Of a stretch of 64,000 nucleotides of DNA, positions 41,287-52,171 are shown one piece after another. The stretch is from an uncultured candidate division Zixibacteria bacterium (GTDB lineage Bacteria > Zixibacteria > MSB-5A5 > UBA10806). The position numbers and the translations under genes were made by a program. Numbering within the stretch: position 1 is the stretch's first letter; every line of letters starts with the position of its first letter. Under the pieces are notes generated by a model. The model saw nothing but the letters and a program-made list of their open reading frames with translations, did not search any database and had not been told where the DNA came from. The stretch is taken from the NCBI GenBank assembly GCA_963817915.1, contig CAWFQL010000009.1, forward strand, positions 308,271-372,270, given 5' to 3'.

Positions 41287-41381
41287 GAATAAGCGAAAAC
41301 ATGCCACCACATTATATTCCCCTAATTGGATTTGACTTATTTCATTTTATCATCTACGATAATTTTGGGAGGAAAGTAATT

Positions 41382-41567
41382 TACAATTTGATTATTTGTT
41401 TTTACCACATTTTTCAAAGGAAATGATATGAATTTATTTTTTGTGCGTGTCAAAGCTTGCTTTGACCGCAAATGGCGGTATATGCGGTCACAGTAAACTG
41501 TGACACGCAATACAATTCTCTTATTTGCGATTACCACATTTTTCAAAGGAAATGATATGAATTTATT
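41382..41567. repeat. Direct duplication (period 129 nt) of RBS + start codon flanking an inverted-doublet palindrome (41441-41510)
   Basis: TTACCACATTTTTCAAAGGAAATGATATGAATTTATT identical at 41402-41438 and 41531-41567. Confidence 0.9.
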
Positions 41568-43380
41568 CAGCAAATTCCCATCATTCGATAATCTTGTTAA
41601 AGGATCGGCGACTTCGTTTAAACGTTTCCCGGTCACCTTGATATGCACTGTTCTGGTGACTTTGGCGTTAGTCATCATTATTAATGCCGATCAAAATGCT
41701 CATCCGAAGTGGCTCGAACGATTGGCGCTCACATGCGCGCTGGGAGTGCCGCTCTTTTTTGTGTTTATCACCAGACCTGAAATTCAGGAATGTGATAAAA
41801 CTGCCAGGATAATAGCACATAGTTTCGGGACCGCATTATTGGTCATATATTATTTTACGCTTCCGCAAAACCCCTCCGCGAACTTTTCGAATATAATAAG
41901 ATTCCTGCTCCTAATGATAGCTGTGCATTTCGCGGTCTCATTTTTGCCGTATATCGGCCCAAAAAAACTTGATGGTTTCTGGCAATACAATAAGACCCTG
42001 TTTCTGCGGTTTCTAAATTCGGCCCTGTTTTCGGCAGTGATGTATATCGGGTTGCTCCTGGCGCTCGTAGCGGCCAAGGAGTTGTTCGGATTCAAAATTC
42101 CCGATAAACGGTTTTTCCAGCTATTTATAATCATCGGAATACTTTTTAATACCTGGGTATTCCTTTCGGGTATTCCGCAGAATCTCAAAGGACTCGGCGA
42201 AACCTCTCAATATCCCAATGGACTTCGAATATTCGCGCAATATATCCTGCTGCCGCTTATAGGAATCTATTTTGTAATTCTATACGCTTACGAATTAAAA
42301 ATCATTATCAACTGGAATTGGCCCAAGGGATGGGTATCGCAGCTTGTACTCTGGTATTCGGTGGTCGGCATTCTGTCATTGCTATTGCTCTGGCCATTGA
42401 GAAATCTCACTGAAAATCGCTGGATCAAAACATTCACGACCTGGTTTTTCCGCGCGTTGATACCTTTGGTGGTGATGCTCTTTCTCGCCATCCTGGAACG
42501 AGTCGGGACCTATGGAATCACGATCAACCGTTATCTCGTACTTGCGATGGCGGTTGGGCTTTCGATTGTCGTCTTGTATTTTGTCTTTGGCAAAGCAAAG
42601 GACATCAGAGCCATTCCGATCGTAATATGCATCATAGCTATTTTGTCGGCGCTAGGACCCTGGAGCGCGTTCGCGGTTTCACGACATAGCCAGACCGGGC
42701 GGCTCGAAAAGTATCTTGTCAAAAACTCTCTCTTGACCAATGGCAAACTTATCCCCTCTCAAGCTGAAATCCCTCTCGAAGACCGCATGGAGATGAGCGA
42801 AATTATCTCATACCTCGTGGAATGGCACGGGGTAGAATCATTTGAACCATGGATAGCTGACAGCACTATGAAATCGATTGTAAGCACACCCAGGAAATAT
42901 GACATACCCGATTCAGTCGCGCATCATATGGGATTCCAATATGTTGCCGGACGGCATTACGTGCCGGGCGAAGGTGAATATTTTTCAATGGAAAAAAGCG
43001 ATACTCTGGGAGTCGATATTTCCGGGTATGATCAAATGTTTCATTACAGCCGTTTCGGGGACGAAAAATCTGATACTAAAAGTTTGTTCTATTTCGGCAA
43101 TGATACCATCAGCGTCTGGCAGGCGAGTTTAACCCCGGCTCTGAAAATTATGGTTGGACCTGACAGTGTTATCGGGGAAATCCCATTTTCCGATTCCATA
43201 AAGGCAATGCTGCCATCGCGTGATCGTGGCCATTTAGACAATGACCGCTGGAACTATGATGTGACTATCGGAAAATATGACGCCAGATTCGATATCCGAA
43301 GGCTAACCGCTCGCGTATTTCCCGATTCCATCAAAGTCAGCTATGTGAATGCTTATATGCTTTTGCGAGAGAAGAAGTGA
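41557..43380 (+). CDS. Multi-pass membrane protein, DUF4153-like
   Basis: FWQYNKTLF, YILLPL...Y..ILYAY, WPKGWVS, RVGTYGITINRY, GPWSAFAVS; candidate promoter TTGACT-17-TACGAT at ~41332. Confidence 0.8.
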   Translation: MNLFSKFPSFDNLVKGSATSFKRFPVTLICTVLVTLALVIIINADQNAHPKWLERLALTCALGVPLFFVFITRPEIQECDKTARIIAHSFGTALLVIYYFTLPQNPSANFSNIIRFLLLMIAVHFAVSFLPYIGPKKLDGFWQYNKTLFLRFLNSALFSAVMYIGLLLALVAAKELFGFKIPDKRFFQLFIIIGILFNTWVFLSGIPQNLKGLGETSQYPNGLRIFAQYILLPLIGIYFVILYAYELKIIINWNWPKGWVSQLVLWYSVVGILSLLLLWPLRNLTENRWIKTFTTWFFRALIPLVVMLFLAILERVGTYGITINRYLVLAMAVGLSIVVLYFVFGKAKDIRAIPIVICIIAILSALGPWSAFAVSRHSQTGRLEKYLVKNSLLTNGKLIPSQAEIPLEDRMEMSEIISYLVEWHGVESFEPWIADSTMKSIVSTPRKYDIPDSVAHHMGFQYVAGRHYVPGEGEYFSMEKSDTLGVDISGYDQMFHYSRFGDEKSDTKSLFYFGNDTISVWQASLTPALKIMVGPDSVIGEIPFSDSIKAMLPSRDRGHLDNDRWNYDVTIGKYDARFDIRRLTARVFPDSIKVSYVNAYMLLREKK

Positions 43381-43402
43381 AATTGCTCTTATAATTGTCG
43401 TT

Positions 43403-43509
43403 GTAGAGACATGCTATAGCATGTCTCTACGGTAATCCTCGCGCGCGGTTATGAATCTTTTCATGACCGTCCCCTGCGTAAGGTGTCAGGAAGGGAGCCT
43501 GATACCGCT
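43403..43509. repeat. GTAG-type palindrome plus family C doublet
   Basis: GTAGAGACATGCTATAGCATGTCTCTAC; GGTTATGAATCTTTTCATGACC...GGTGTCAGGAAGGGAGCCTGATACC. Confidence 0.85.
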
Positions 43510-43516
43510 GTAAATT

Positions 43517-44017
43517 TCAGAACTTCAATAATACGATTGTATGAAGAATCAGAGAAATGAAGAGCGGCAGGATATAGTAAGGAACCCGTATTTCAGCAAA
43601 CAGGAAAAAACCTGGGTTTATCATTTTGCTCTGATAATTATTTCTTCGTTGCTTTTGTGCATATTTGTAAAAGACATATACTGCTATTAGTTGAAACGGA
43701 TAACTAATCGATAACCAAATCAAGGCAGTCATAAACGAAATTCCTGGGGGTGCTCCTACTCTAACAATAATTGCAAACATAAGGATCGCACAAAAAACTG
43801 ATCCACCGCCAATAAGAACTTTGATTATTATTGGTGATATTGCTGCATACAAAGGCGTACAAAGCCTAAATACATAATTATGATTTTTCATCTGCTCCAA
43901 AAACCTTTTATACTTTTCTCTGTTTAGTCCAACAAAGGCAGTGGCAGCTATCCATGAACAAAGAAATGTCCACAAGACACCAATGAATGACCTCATATTT
44001 ATAGTTGTTTCTTCCAT
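43517..44017 (-). CDS. Hypothetical AT-rich membrane protein
   Basis: 166-aa ORF with several hydrophobic segments; no family recognised. Confidence 0.6.
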   Translation of the reverse strand: MEETTINMRSFIGVLWTFLCSWIAATAFVGLNREKYKRFLEQMKNHNYVFRLCTPLYAAISPIIIKVLIGGGSVFCAILMFAIIVRVGAPPGISFMTALIWLSISYPFQLIAVYVFYKYAQKQRRNNYQSKMINPGFFLFAEIRVPYYILPLFISLILHTIVLLKF

Positions 44018-44058
44018 AATTACCAGTCTAATTCAATTCGTCAAGTTAGTTATTGCCC

Positions 44059-44161
44059 CGTCATGAATCCTCACTTGACCGTCCCCAGCTTAAGGTTCAG
44101 GAATGGATTTCGGCTCGGGGGCAGGAATTATATGTTGTCGGGTTTTTCAAACCCGACCTAC
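44059..44161. repeat. Degenerate family C doublet plus GTAG-type REP
   Basis: GTCATGAATCCTCACTTGACCGTCCCC...TAAGGTTCAGGAATGGATT; GTCGGGTTTTTCAAACCCGACCTAC. Confidence 0.7.
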
Positions 44162-44183
44162 AGCTGGCCTTTCAGTGCCACTC

Positions 44184-45542
44184 CTACCCATCCCCTTGCT
44201 CGTGCGGGGCGCCGTGGAAGACGTCGAGCAATTCGAATTTGGCGTAGTCCTTCACGAATGACAGATTGACAATGCCGGTCGGGCCGTTACGCTGCTTGCC
44301 GATTATAATCTCGGCGAGAGTGCCCGGATGGCCGTCCTCATCTCTCGGGCGATGAATGAACAGCACCAGATCGGCGTCCTGCTCGATCGCGCCGGATTCG
44401 CGCAAATCCGAAAGCTGCGGCCGCGCGTCCTTGCCGCGCAATTCAACCTGTCGAGATAACTGTGATAATGCCACAACGGGGACTTTCAATTCTCTGGCCA
44501 GATGCCTTCAATGACTGCGATATATAGGTGATCTCCTGCTGGCGGCTTTCGGGACGTTTCTGCCCGGACACCAGCTGAAGATAATCGACAACGATCATTC
44601 CGATATTGTAACGAAGCTTCATTCGCCTTGCCTTGGCGCGAATCTCGATCACCGAAAGCGACGAGCTGTCATCGATATAAATCGGCGCCTCCGATAACGG
44701 CCCCACCGCTATCGATAAGATTCGTCCATTGGTGGTCGGCGATTCGTCCGGTGCGCATGTGATGCGATGATATCCGTGGCCCGGCTGCAGAGCAATCTCT
44801 GCGCCACCTGCTCCTTGGCCATTTCAAGTGAAAATAAGGCCACCGGCGTCCCCCGTGTAACAGCAATATTCTCCATGATATTCAGGGCGAACGCTGTCTT
44901 GCCCATCGAGGGTCGTCCCGCGATAATCACCAGATCCGATGGCTGAAATCCGGCGGTCAAGCTGTCCAAATCCGTATATCCTGTCGCGACTCCGGTGACA
45001 TGCCCTTCCCGTTTGGCGTATTCCTCGATCTGCTCAAATGTCTGCGGCAGTATGTTTTTCAAGGCGATAAAATCGCCCTTGAGCGTCTTATCTTTGATAG
45101 ATAATATTTTGCTTTCGGAATAATCCAGCAGGTCGTCGGCGACATTGGCCTGATCGTAGCATCGGCCGACTATATCACTGCAATCGGCAATCAATTGATT
45201 CTTGATCGAGGCCTCGAGCACCAGCCTGATATGATGTTCGAGATTGCCGTAGGTGACAACCGAATCGGCCAGGTCGAGCAGGTATCGCCGCCCGCCGATG
45301 TCCTCTAATTGCCCTCGTCTCTCAAGCTCCGATGGCATGGTCAGCATATCGACCGCGCCGGAAGAATCGTACAATGCTCTTATGGCCGCGAATATCTTGC
45401 GATGCTTCGGCACATAAAAGCTTTCATCATTTAATTGCTCGATACCCATATGCAGGGCATCTTCATGCTGCATCATCGCCCCAAGCACCGACTGCTCGGC
45501 TTCTATCGCCTGCGGCGGTATTCTATCTCTGCTGTCTGCCAT
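44184..45542 (-). CDS. dnaB: Replicative DNA helicase, split by three apparent +1 indels (~44775, ~44715, ~44500)
   Basis: [54 protein letters not shown] spread over four ORF pieces. Confidence 0.93.
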
Positions 45543-45548
45543 ATATTT

Positions 45549-46257
45549 TTACCCGTTGGAACGGATAATTTCCAATTCCCCTTTTAATTTTTTCAGATCC
45601 TCTATGGTTGATGGATACCAGCTCATGCTTCTTAGTAACGCCGCCGGATGGTATGTCACCATGAATTTGATGCCGCGATAATCGAACCATCGTCCGCGCA
45701 TGCCGCCCAATGTCGAATTGGTCTTCAGCAATGTCTGCCCGGCGATTCTGCCGAGACTGCAGATCACTTTCGGCTTGATCAATTTGATCTGCATATGCAG
45801 ATGCGGCTCGCATTCGGCAACCTCATCAGGCAATGGATCACGATTTTCCGGCGGACGGCATTTCAAAATATTGGCGATATAGACTTCATCGCGGTTGATA
45901 CCAACCTCGGCCAGCATTTTATCAAGCAGCTTCCCGGCTCTGCCCACGAATGGTATCCCCTGCAGGTCTTCATCACGTCCGGGAGCCTCGCCGATGAACA
46001 TGATGTCAGCATCGGGATTGCCGACACCGAATACGAATTTGGTGCGGGTCTTCCCTAACGGACATTTCTGGCAGATGCAGATTGTCTTATCAAGCTGGGC
46101 CAATGATTCCGATTCGGTGAATTTTTCTAATCGGCAACTGCTTGATTTTTTTCGCCGCTACTGGACGAGTCGATAATGGCAAATATATCTCCCTGTAACC
46201 TAATTCAATCTGTTGTTGAAAATATTTTATGAAGTCACTTTTTGACCCGTGGGCCAC
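45549..46257 (-). CDS. Family-4 uracil-DNA glycosylase; N-terminus apparently frameshifted near 46120-46150
   Basis: [34 protein letters not shown] in 45549-46103; upstream frame from GTG 46257 reads [17 protein letters not shown]. Confidence 0.85.
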
Positions 46258-47449
46258 GTTTAATCACCAGCTTCAACGATTCATCGATTATTTTAACAGC
46301 GACTTCGAATTTCGGCATTCTTTCGAGCTTCATGACCTTACTGTCGCGGGTTATCATGGTCACCTTATTGTATTCTGAGCCGAATTCGACACCCTCTTCG
46401 GTGGGGTTATTGGCAACTATCATATCCAATTTCTTAGCGCGCAATTTCTCTGTGGCCAGGGCTTCGAGATTCTCTGTCTCCAACGCGAACCCCACTACCA
46501 CTCTCGGACGATTCTCGCCGAGGCTCTTCAGCAGATCGGGATTGGGAATCAGATCGAGTTTGAGATTATCATTGGTTCGTTTGATCTTCTGCTTGTAGTA
46601 GCTTGATGGACGATAATCCGCCACCGCCGCCGCCATAAAGAGAAATTCGGTTTTGTAGCAGTATTTCTGTAACGCGCTCTGCATCTGCGATGCCGTCTGT
46701 ACCTTGATCAACTGGACGCCAGGCGGCGGTTCGAGATGAGTCGGTCCCGATATCAGGGTGACATCGGCGCCAAACCCGATCGCGGCATCGGCCAATGAAT
46801 ACCCCATCTTGCCGGATGAATGATTCGAGATATAGCGCACTGGATCCAATGGCTCCCGTGTCGGTCCCGCAGTCACAACAACTTTTTTACCCAGCAAATC
46901 ATTTCGTCCGACCAGCACCTGACGGGTCTTGTAATAAATATTGATCGGTTCGGTCATTCGTCCGGTGGCTGTTATCAATGTTGCCAGTTGTCCTGTTTCC
47001 GGCCCGATGAAATGAACGCCGCTCGATTCGAGGTACTGGATATTTTTGCGGACTGCCTTATTATTGTACATCTTGAAATTCATGGCTGGGGCAAGTAAGA
47101 TCGGCCCGGAGAACGCGATAGCCTGAGTCGATAAAACCTCATCGGCGATACCGCCCGCCATCTTGCCGATCATATTGGCGGTGCAGGGCGCAATAACGAG
47201 GATATTTCCCCAATCGGCCCAGGCCACATGCTCGATAGTATATTGATTCGGCTCGAAAATATCGGTGGTGACCGCCTCGGCGCCGAGCGACTGCATGGTG
47301 AGCGGCGAGACAAATTTCGATGCTGATTCCGTCATGACTACCCGCACCCGCGCGCCGGATTTGATATAGAGCCTGAGCAGTTCGCAGGTTTTGTACGCGC
47401 CGATACCGCCACTGACACCTAATAGAATATTTTTACCGTTCATTGCCAT
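46235..47449 (-). CDS. coaBC: Phosphopantothenoylcysteine decarboxylase / phosphopantothenate-cysteine ligase
   Basis: GVSGGIGAYK, PAMN, TAGPTREPLDPVRYISNHSSGKMG, AAVADY, GFALET. Confidence 0.95.
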   Translation of the reverse strand: MAMNGKNILLGVSGGIGAYKTCELLRLYIKSGARVRVVMTESASKFVSPLTMQSLGAEAVTTDIFEPNQYTIEHVAWADWGNILVIAPCTANMIGKMAGGIADEVLSTQAIAFSGPILLAPAMNFKMYNNKAVRKNIQYLESSGVHFIGPETGQLATLITATGRMTEPINIYYKTRQVLVGRNDLLGKKVVVTAGPTREPLDPVRYISNHSSGKMGYSLADAAIGFGADVTLISGPTHLEPPPGVQLIKVQTASQMQSALQKYCYKTEFLFMAAAVADYRPSSYYKQKIKRTNDNLKLDLIPNPDLLKSLGENRPRVVVGFALETENLEALATEKLRAKKLDMIVANNPTEEGVEFGSEYNKVTMITRDSKVMKLERMPKFEVAVKIIDESLKLVIKRGPRVKK

Positions 47450-47579
47450 ATTCGATTCATCGAGACATTTGGTTTTTGGTCTCCCTCCTGCTGTAAGAAA
47501 TAGAAATCGCACCCCCCTTGCAAGTTTAATCTCAAATTATTTCTCCACATTAGGATGTGGATAACTCCGCTTGTGTTCT

Positions 47580-47988
47580 GTCATTCCCGCGAAAGCGGGA
47601 ATCTTGCGAGTCTTTGCAGGATAGATTCCGCAATAAACCGACTTAGGCCCGCCGTGGCGGGTGCGGAATGATAGGTTTTTCTTTGTCATTCCTGCGAAAG
47701 CCCGTCAAGGGCCGGGCCACTGACTGGCAGAAATCTTGCGAGTCTTTGCAGGATAGATTCCGCAATAAATGCGGAATGACAGGTTCTTCTTTGTCATTCC
47801 TGCGAAAGCCCGTCAAGGGCCGGGCCACTGACTGGCAGAAATCTTGCGAGTCTTTGCAGGATAGATTCCGCAATAAATGCGGAATGACATGTTTTTTCCG
47901 CGCTGTCTTTGCAGGAAACCGGCGTCTGCCGGTCGACGAAACAATCTGTGGGTAGCCTAGAGCTCGAACCACAGGGATTCGGGCCTAC
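47580..47988. repeat. Tandem array of family A doublets (periods 105 and 108 nt) followed by family B and GTAG-type REPs
   Basis: GTCATTCC unit starts at 47580, 47685, 47793; units 2 and 3 are essentially identical. Confidence 0.9.
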
Positions 47989-48105
47989 TGCACTGTGACA
48001 CGCTATAAAACGTCGATTAATTCTTGACAAAATAGATACATATGGTTATGTATTAAATAAGGTGAATCTAAAATCATCTCAAAAATCCGAATCAGGAGGA
48101 TTTCG

Positions 48106-48705
48106 ATGAGGCGCAAATTTATTTCGATAATTATTTGTATATTATTGAGTACTGTTATTGGATTTGCTGCCGCGGCAGAATCCAAAGCACTATTTCCAGA
48201 TAATGGCAAACCAAGACCCGTCATTCTCAGGCAAGCAGACCCTTATATGATAGACCTGGATATGTCCCGGACTGATTACGCAAATTACAGATATTCATTG
48301 TCCACGGACATTAATCAGGATGCGTCATATTCATATGAAACCAGATCACCATTAGCCGCTTTCGTCGTAGGATTCGCGCCGGGCTTTATTATACATGGAC
48401 TTGGGCATGCCTATATAGGAGACCACAAGACAGCATCATGGCTATTGCTTTCTGAATGCGCGGCGGTCTTCCTTTCATTCGAATCCGCGAGGGAGGCGAT
48501 GGGTAAATATCATGGCGCAAGTAATAAGATGTCGAATTTCATGGGGTATGCGGGCCTGGTGATATTTGCCGGCGGATGGATTATAGATTTTATCCACGCC
48601 CCAATTCAGCTTGCGAACAAGCAGGCGATAATGGCTCAGCGCAGAGCGTTATTATTTGATATACAGAAAAGAAACGTGATTCTTAAATATTCGGTAGCTT
48701 TTTAG
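48106..48705 (+). CDS. Hypothetical exported/membrane protein
   Basis: AGGAGG RBS; signal peptide; SP..A....F.PG...HGLGHAYIG motif; C-terminal Phe. Confidence 0.7.
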   Translation: MRRKFISIIICILLSTVIGFAAAAESKALFPDNGKPRPVILRQADPYMIDLDMSRTDYANYRYSLSTDINQDASYSYETRSPLAAFVVGFAPGFIIHGLGHAYIGDHKTASWLLLSECAAVFLSFESAREAMGKYHGASNKMSNFMGYAGLVIFAGGWIIDFIHAPIQLANKQAIMAQRRALLFDIQKRNVILKYSVAF

Positions 48706-48716
48706 GATATCGTGCT

Positions 48717-49160
48717 GTCCGAGTTCCGTACCCGACGATATATCAGATGCTTCGCAGGGTTCAATATTGAACCCCTACATTGATTTCGTGCCCCGTAAAT
48801 AATCCATTTATGGCAATCAATCTTTTGTAGAGGCGAACCCATGTGTTCGCCCTCAAGCGCGGGCCGACACTGTAGGTCGGCCCCTACAAAGCATCTTCTC
48901 CTGTCATTCCCGCGAAAGCGGGAATCTTGCGAGCCTTAGCAGCGATAGATTCCGCAATAAATGCGGAATGACATGGTTTTGTCGCTCCGTCTTTGCGAGG
49001 AGACCGGCATCTGCCGGTCGACGAAGCAATCCGTGGGTAGCATCCTTCAGATTGCTTCATCCGCCTGCGGCGGATTCGCAATGACACTTTGGTGCGCGGT
49101 CATGAATCCTTTCATGACCGTCCCCCGCGTCGGTGTCAATAGGGGATTCCTGAAACCGCC
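48717..49160. repeat. Dense mixed REP cluster (D remnant, GTAG-type doublets, A doublet 48903-48972, B doublet 48989-49085, C doublet 49094-49160)
   Basis: At least nine hairpins matching families seen elsewhere, between convergent genes. Confidence 0.9.
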
Positions 49161-49171
49161 TTGTCGTCGAA

Positions 49172-49603
49172 TCAAATATTTATTTTATAATCTTGAACAT
49201 CATCCATTTCGTCGCCGACTTTCATAATTAAGATGATTAGGAAAATCAGCACCATGAAGGATCGTACATTCAAATATGATATAATTGGATTGGCGCTCCA
49301 AAAAAGGCGATGATTTGAATAGCTTAAATATAAAACTATACCCGTAGCCAAAATAAAAATAAGGTATTTCGCATAAGTTGGTAACGCGACGATAATTTTG
49401 CTGATATGCTTTAGTAAATACAAGATTAAAATCTCTATGGCCCAGAAGGGAGTTAATTTAACCCAAAAATTCAGGTTTAATATGCCGTCTCTAATTGAAG
49501 CTATAATACCGCTATTTACCAAAACGCCAAAATCAAACAAAAGCTGTAATAGGCCTAATAGAAGAAAGACTATTATGAGAATGTACTTCGTCTTTGTTTT
49601 CAT
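49172..49603 (-). CDS. Hypothetical AT-rich 4-TM membrane protein
   Basis: ATG 49603 with GAGGA RBS; four hydrophobic stretches. Confidence 0.6.
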   Translation of the reverse strand: MKTKTKYILIIVFLLLGLLQLLFDFGVLVNSGIIASIRDGILNLNFWVKLTPFWAIEILILYLLKHISKIIVALPTYAKYLIFILATGIVLYLSYSNHRLFWSANPIISYLNVRSFMVLIFLIILIMKVGDEMDDVQDYKINI

Positions 49604-49618
49604 TTTCCTCGTACTGAA

Positions 49619-49675
49619 ATGAATCCCTTCATGACAGTCCACCGCGTAAGGTGTCAGGAAGGGATTCCTGACGGC
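49619..49675. repeat. Family C doublet
   Basis: ATGAATCCCTTCATGAC...GTAAGGTGTCAGGAAGGGATTCCTGAC. Confidence 0.85.
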
Positions 49676-49689
49676 TACTTCGCTATTTG

Positions 49690-51240
49690 CTAATGCTTGA
49701 AATGCCTGACTCCGGTCAGCACCATAGCCACACCGGCTTGGTCTGCGGCTTTGATGACTTCGGGGTCTTGCTTACAGCCGCCCGGCTGAATCACCGCCAC
49801 CACACCGGCGTTGGCCAGCACTTCGAGCCCGTCAGGCATCGGGAAGAAGGCATCGGATGCCGCCACCGCGCCCTTGGCCTTGTCGCCGGCCTTGCGGACC
49901 GCGATCCCCGATGATTCCACGCGCGAGGTCTGCCCCGGCCCGACTCCGATAGTCGTGAAATCCTTGCAGATAACTATAGCGTTGGATTTGATATGCTTGA
50001 CCATCTTAAATGCGAACAGCAATTCGTCGATCTGGTGATCGCTCGGTTTTTTGATTGTCACGAATTGCAGGTCATCGCAAGTGATATCTTTGCGGTCTGG
50101 AGTCTGCGCAAGTAGCCCTCCGGCAATCGGGCGATAGTCGAATGATTCTGCAGGGGATGGTTTCAGATCGCCGATATCGAGCAGTCGTCGGTTCTTCTTG
50201 GTTTTGAGCAATGCCAGCGAATCAGGGTCGAATCCTGGCGCGAGGATACATTCCACGAACGCTGTCTCGTGCAATAGCTTAGCTGTCTCCATATCAATTA
50301 CTCGATTAAGCGCAATCACCGAGCCGTACGCCGATACCGGATCGGCCTCCAGCGCCTTTCTGTATGCCTCCGCCAATGTTTTCCCGATCGCCGCGCCGCA
50401 GGGATTGGTATGCTTGATCACCGCCGCGAACGGCTCTTTAAAATCCAATATCATCTGCAATCCGGCCTCGAGGTCCCAGATATTATTAAACGAGAGCTCC
50501 TTGCCGGAAAGCAGTCGGCCTTTGGCGATTGACGAATAACGATAATTCGGCGACTCATACAACGCTGCCTTCTGATGCGGATTCTCGCCATAACGAAGTG
50601 TCTCCCTGAGCCTGAATGATTGAGTGATAGGCGAACGGAAATCGTGATTGTCTTTATTGAAGTAACTATTTATGGCGCTATCATAAGCCGCTGTGCGGGC
50701 AAATGTTAACCCTGCCATTCGTCGGCGGAATTCAAGTGTCGTGTCGCCATTGTGGGATGACATCTCGGCCAGCAGTTCGGCGTAATCATCGGGGGATGTT
50801 ATCACGGTTACATGGGCGAAGTTCTTGGATGCTGAACGGATCATCGCCGGCCCGCCGATATCGATATTCTCGATAGCGTCCTCTTCGCTGACATCGGGAT
50901 TTTCGGTTACCTTCTCAAATGGATATAAATTGACCACGACCAGATCGATCGGCTCGATGCCATGCTTCTTCATCTGCGCCAAATGATCGGGCAGGTCACG
51001 ACGACCCAAAATTCCGCCATGCACTTTCGGATGAAGTGTCTTGACTCGGCCATCGAGTATCTCCGGGAATCCGGTGATATCGGAAACCGATTTGACCGCG
51101 ATCCCGGCATCCTGAAGGGTCTTCATCGTGCCGCCCGTGGAGATTATCTCGATACCATATTCGACAAGCTTTTTGCCGAACTCGACAATGCCCTGCTTAT
51201 CGTAAACTGTCAACAATGCCCTCTTAATACCCATCATCAA
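49690..51240 (-). CDS. purH: Bifunctional AICAR formyltransferase / IMP cyclohydrolase
   Basis: GRVKTLHP, IDIGGP, LRYGENPHQ, KHTNPCG, ASDAFFP. Confidence 0.98.
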   Translation of the reverse strand: MMMGIKRALLTVYDKQGIVEFGKKLVEYGIEIISTGGTMKTLQDAGIAVKSVSDITGFPEILDGRVKTLHPKVHGGILGRRDLPDHLAQMKKHGIEPIDLVVVNLYPFEKVTENPDVSEEDAIENIDIGGPAMIRSASKNFAHVTVITSPDDYAELLAEMSSHNGDTTLEFRRRMAGLTFARTAAYDSAINSYFNKDNHDFRSPITQSFRLRETLRYGENPHQKAALYESPNYRYSSIAKGRLLSGKELSFNNIWDLEAGLQMILDFKEPFAAVIKHTNPCGAAIGKTLAEAYRKALEADPVSAYGSVIALNRVIDMETAKLLHETAFVECILAPGFDPDSLALLKTKKNRRLLDIGDLKPSPAESFDYRPIAGGLLAQTPDRKDITCDDLQFVTIKKPSDHQIDELLFAFKMVKHIKSNAIVICKDFTTIGVGPGQTSRVESSGIAVRKAGDKAKGAVAASDAFFPMPDGLEVLANAGVVAVIQPGGCKQDPEVIKAADQAGVAMVLTGVRHFKH

Positions 51241-51244
51241 TCCT

Positions 51245-52162
51245 TTACACTATATCTGTACCAACTAAAATCTTGTGCGCTTGTTTGTATTTCTCCAATG
51301 TCTTAATGATCACATCATCGGGGATTTGCGGCGGCGGCGAGTTTTTATCCCAGCCACTGGTCTCCAGCCAATCGCGGATGAATTGCTTATCGTACGATGG
51401 CGGATTGGCGCCAGGCTTGTATAAATCCATTGGCCAGAAACGAGACGAATCGGGCGACAGGATTTCATCGATCAATGACAATTCGCCATTGATAAATCCG
51501 AATTCAAACTTGGTATCGGCGATAATAATCCCTCGAGTATTGGCGTAGGAATTGGCCATGGAGTAGATCGATAGCGTCGCCACCCGCAGCCGTTTGGCGA
51601 TATCCTCACCGATCATCGAAACCATCTTAGAGAATGATATATTCTCATCGTGGCCTTCCTCGGCCTTGATGGCAGGTGTGAAGATCGGTACTTCCAGTTT
51701 TTGCGCCAGCATGAGATTCGATGGGATCACATTATCATATAGACTAACTCTTTCGGCATCTGGCGATTCTATCACAAGTTTGCAATAGTCCTTCCAACCC
51801 GAACCGATCAAATAGCCGCGCGCGACACATTCGATATCGATCCGTTTGGCCTTCTTGACTATCATCGAACGGTCTTTTAGCTGGTCTTCGTATTTCAGCA
51901 GGTCCTTTGGATAATCATTAAAATCAACGATAGCTTTATGATTCGGTATAATCGCGCGGCTCAATTTAAACCAGAATAGCGACATCGAATTGAGAATCTT
52001 CCCCTTGCCGGGGACACCATTCGGCATCACCCAATCGAATGCCGAAATGCGGTCGGTGGCGATCATCAGAAGATGCTCACCGAGATCGTAAACATCGCGG
52101 ACTTTACCCCTGGCGACCAGCGGGTACTCCTTGATGTTGGTATTTAAAAGCGCCTTATTCAC
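51245..52162 (-). CDS. purC: SAICAR synthetase
   Basis: GKVRDVY, TDRISAFD, ADTKFEFG, PDSSRFW, DKQFIRDW. Confidence 0.97.
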   Translation of the reverse strand: MNKALLNTNIKEYPLVARGKVRDVYDLGEHLLMIATDRISAFDWVMPNGVPGKGKILNSMSLFWFKLSRAIIPNHKAIVDFNDYPKDLLKYEDQLKDRSMIVKKAKRIDIECVARGYLIGSGWKDYCKLVIESPDAERVSLYDNVIPSNLMLAQKLEVPIFTPAIKAEEGHDENISFSKMVSMIGEDIAKRLRVATLSIYSMANSYANTRGIIIADTKFEFGFINGELSLIDEILSPDSSRFWPMDLYKPGANPPSYDKQFIRDWLETSGWDKNSPPPQIPDDVIIKTLEKYKQAHKILVGTDIV

Positions 52163-52171
52163 AGGTCCTCC

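Noticed and set aside
44184..45542. Programmed frameshifting, intein or true pseudogene in dnaB
   Set aside because: Three independent single-base insertions with no slippery sites; repaired length is normal, leaving no room for an intein; similar indels occur in unrelated genes.
47580..47890. Possible CRISPR array
   Set aside because: The sequence between repeats is itself repeated rather than unique, units are 105-108 nt, and no cas genes are present.
43443..49675. Integron attC cassettes
   Set aside because: No RYYYAAC...GTTRRRY core-site pair recognised and no tyrosine integrase in the window; the elements are double hairpins.
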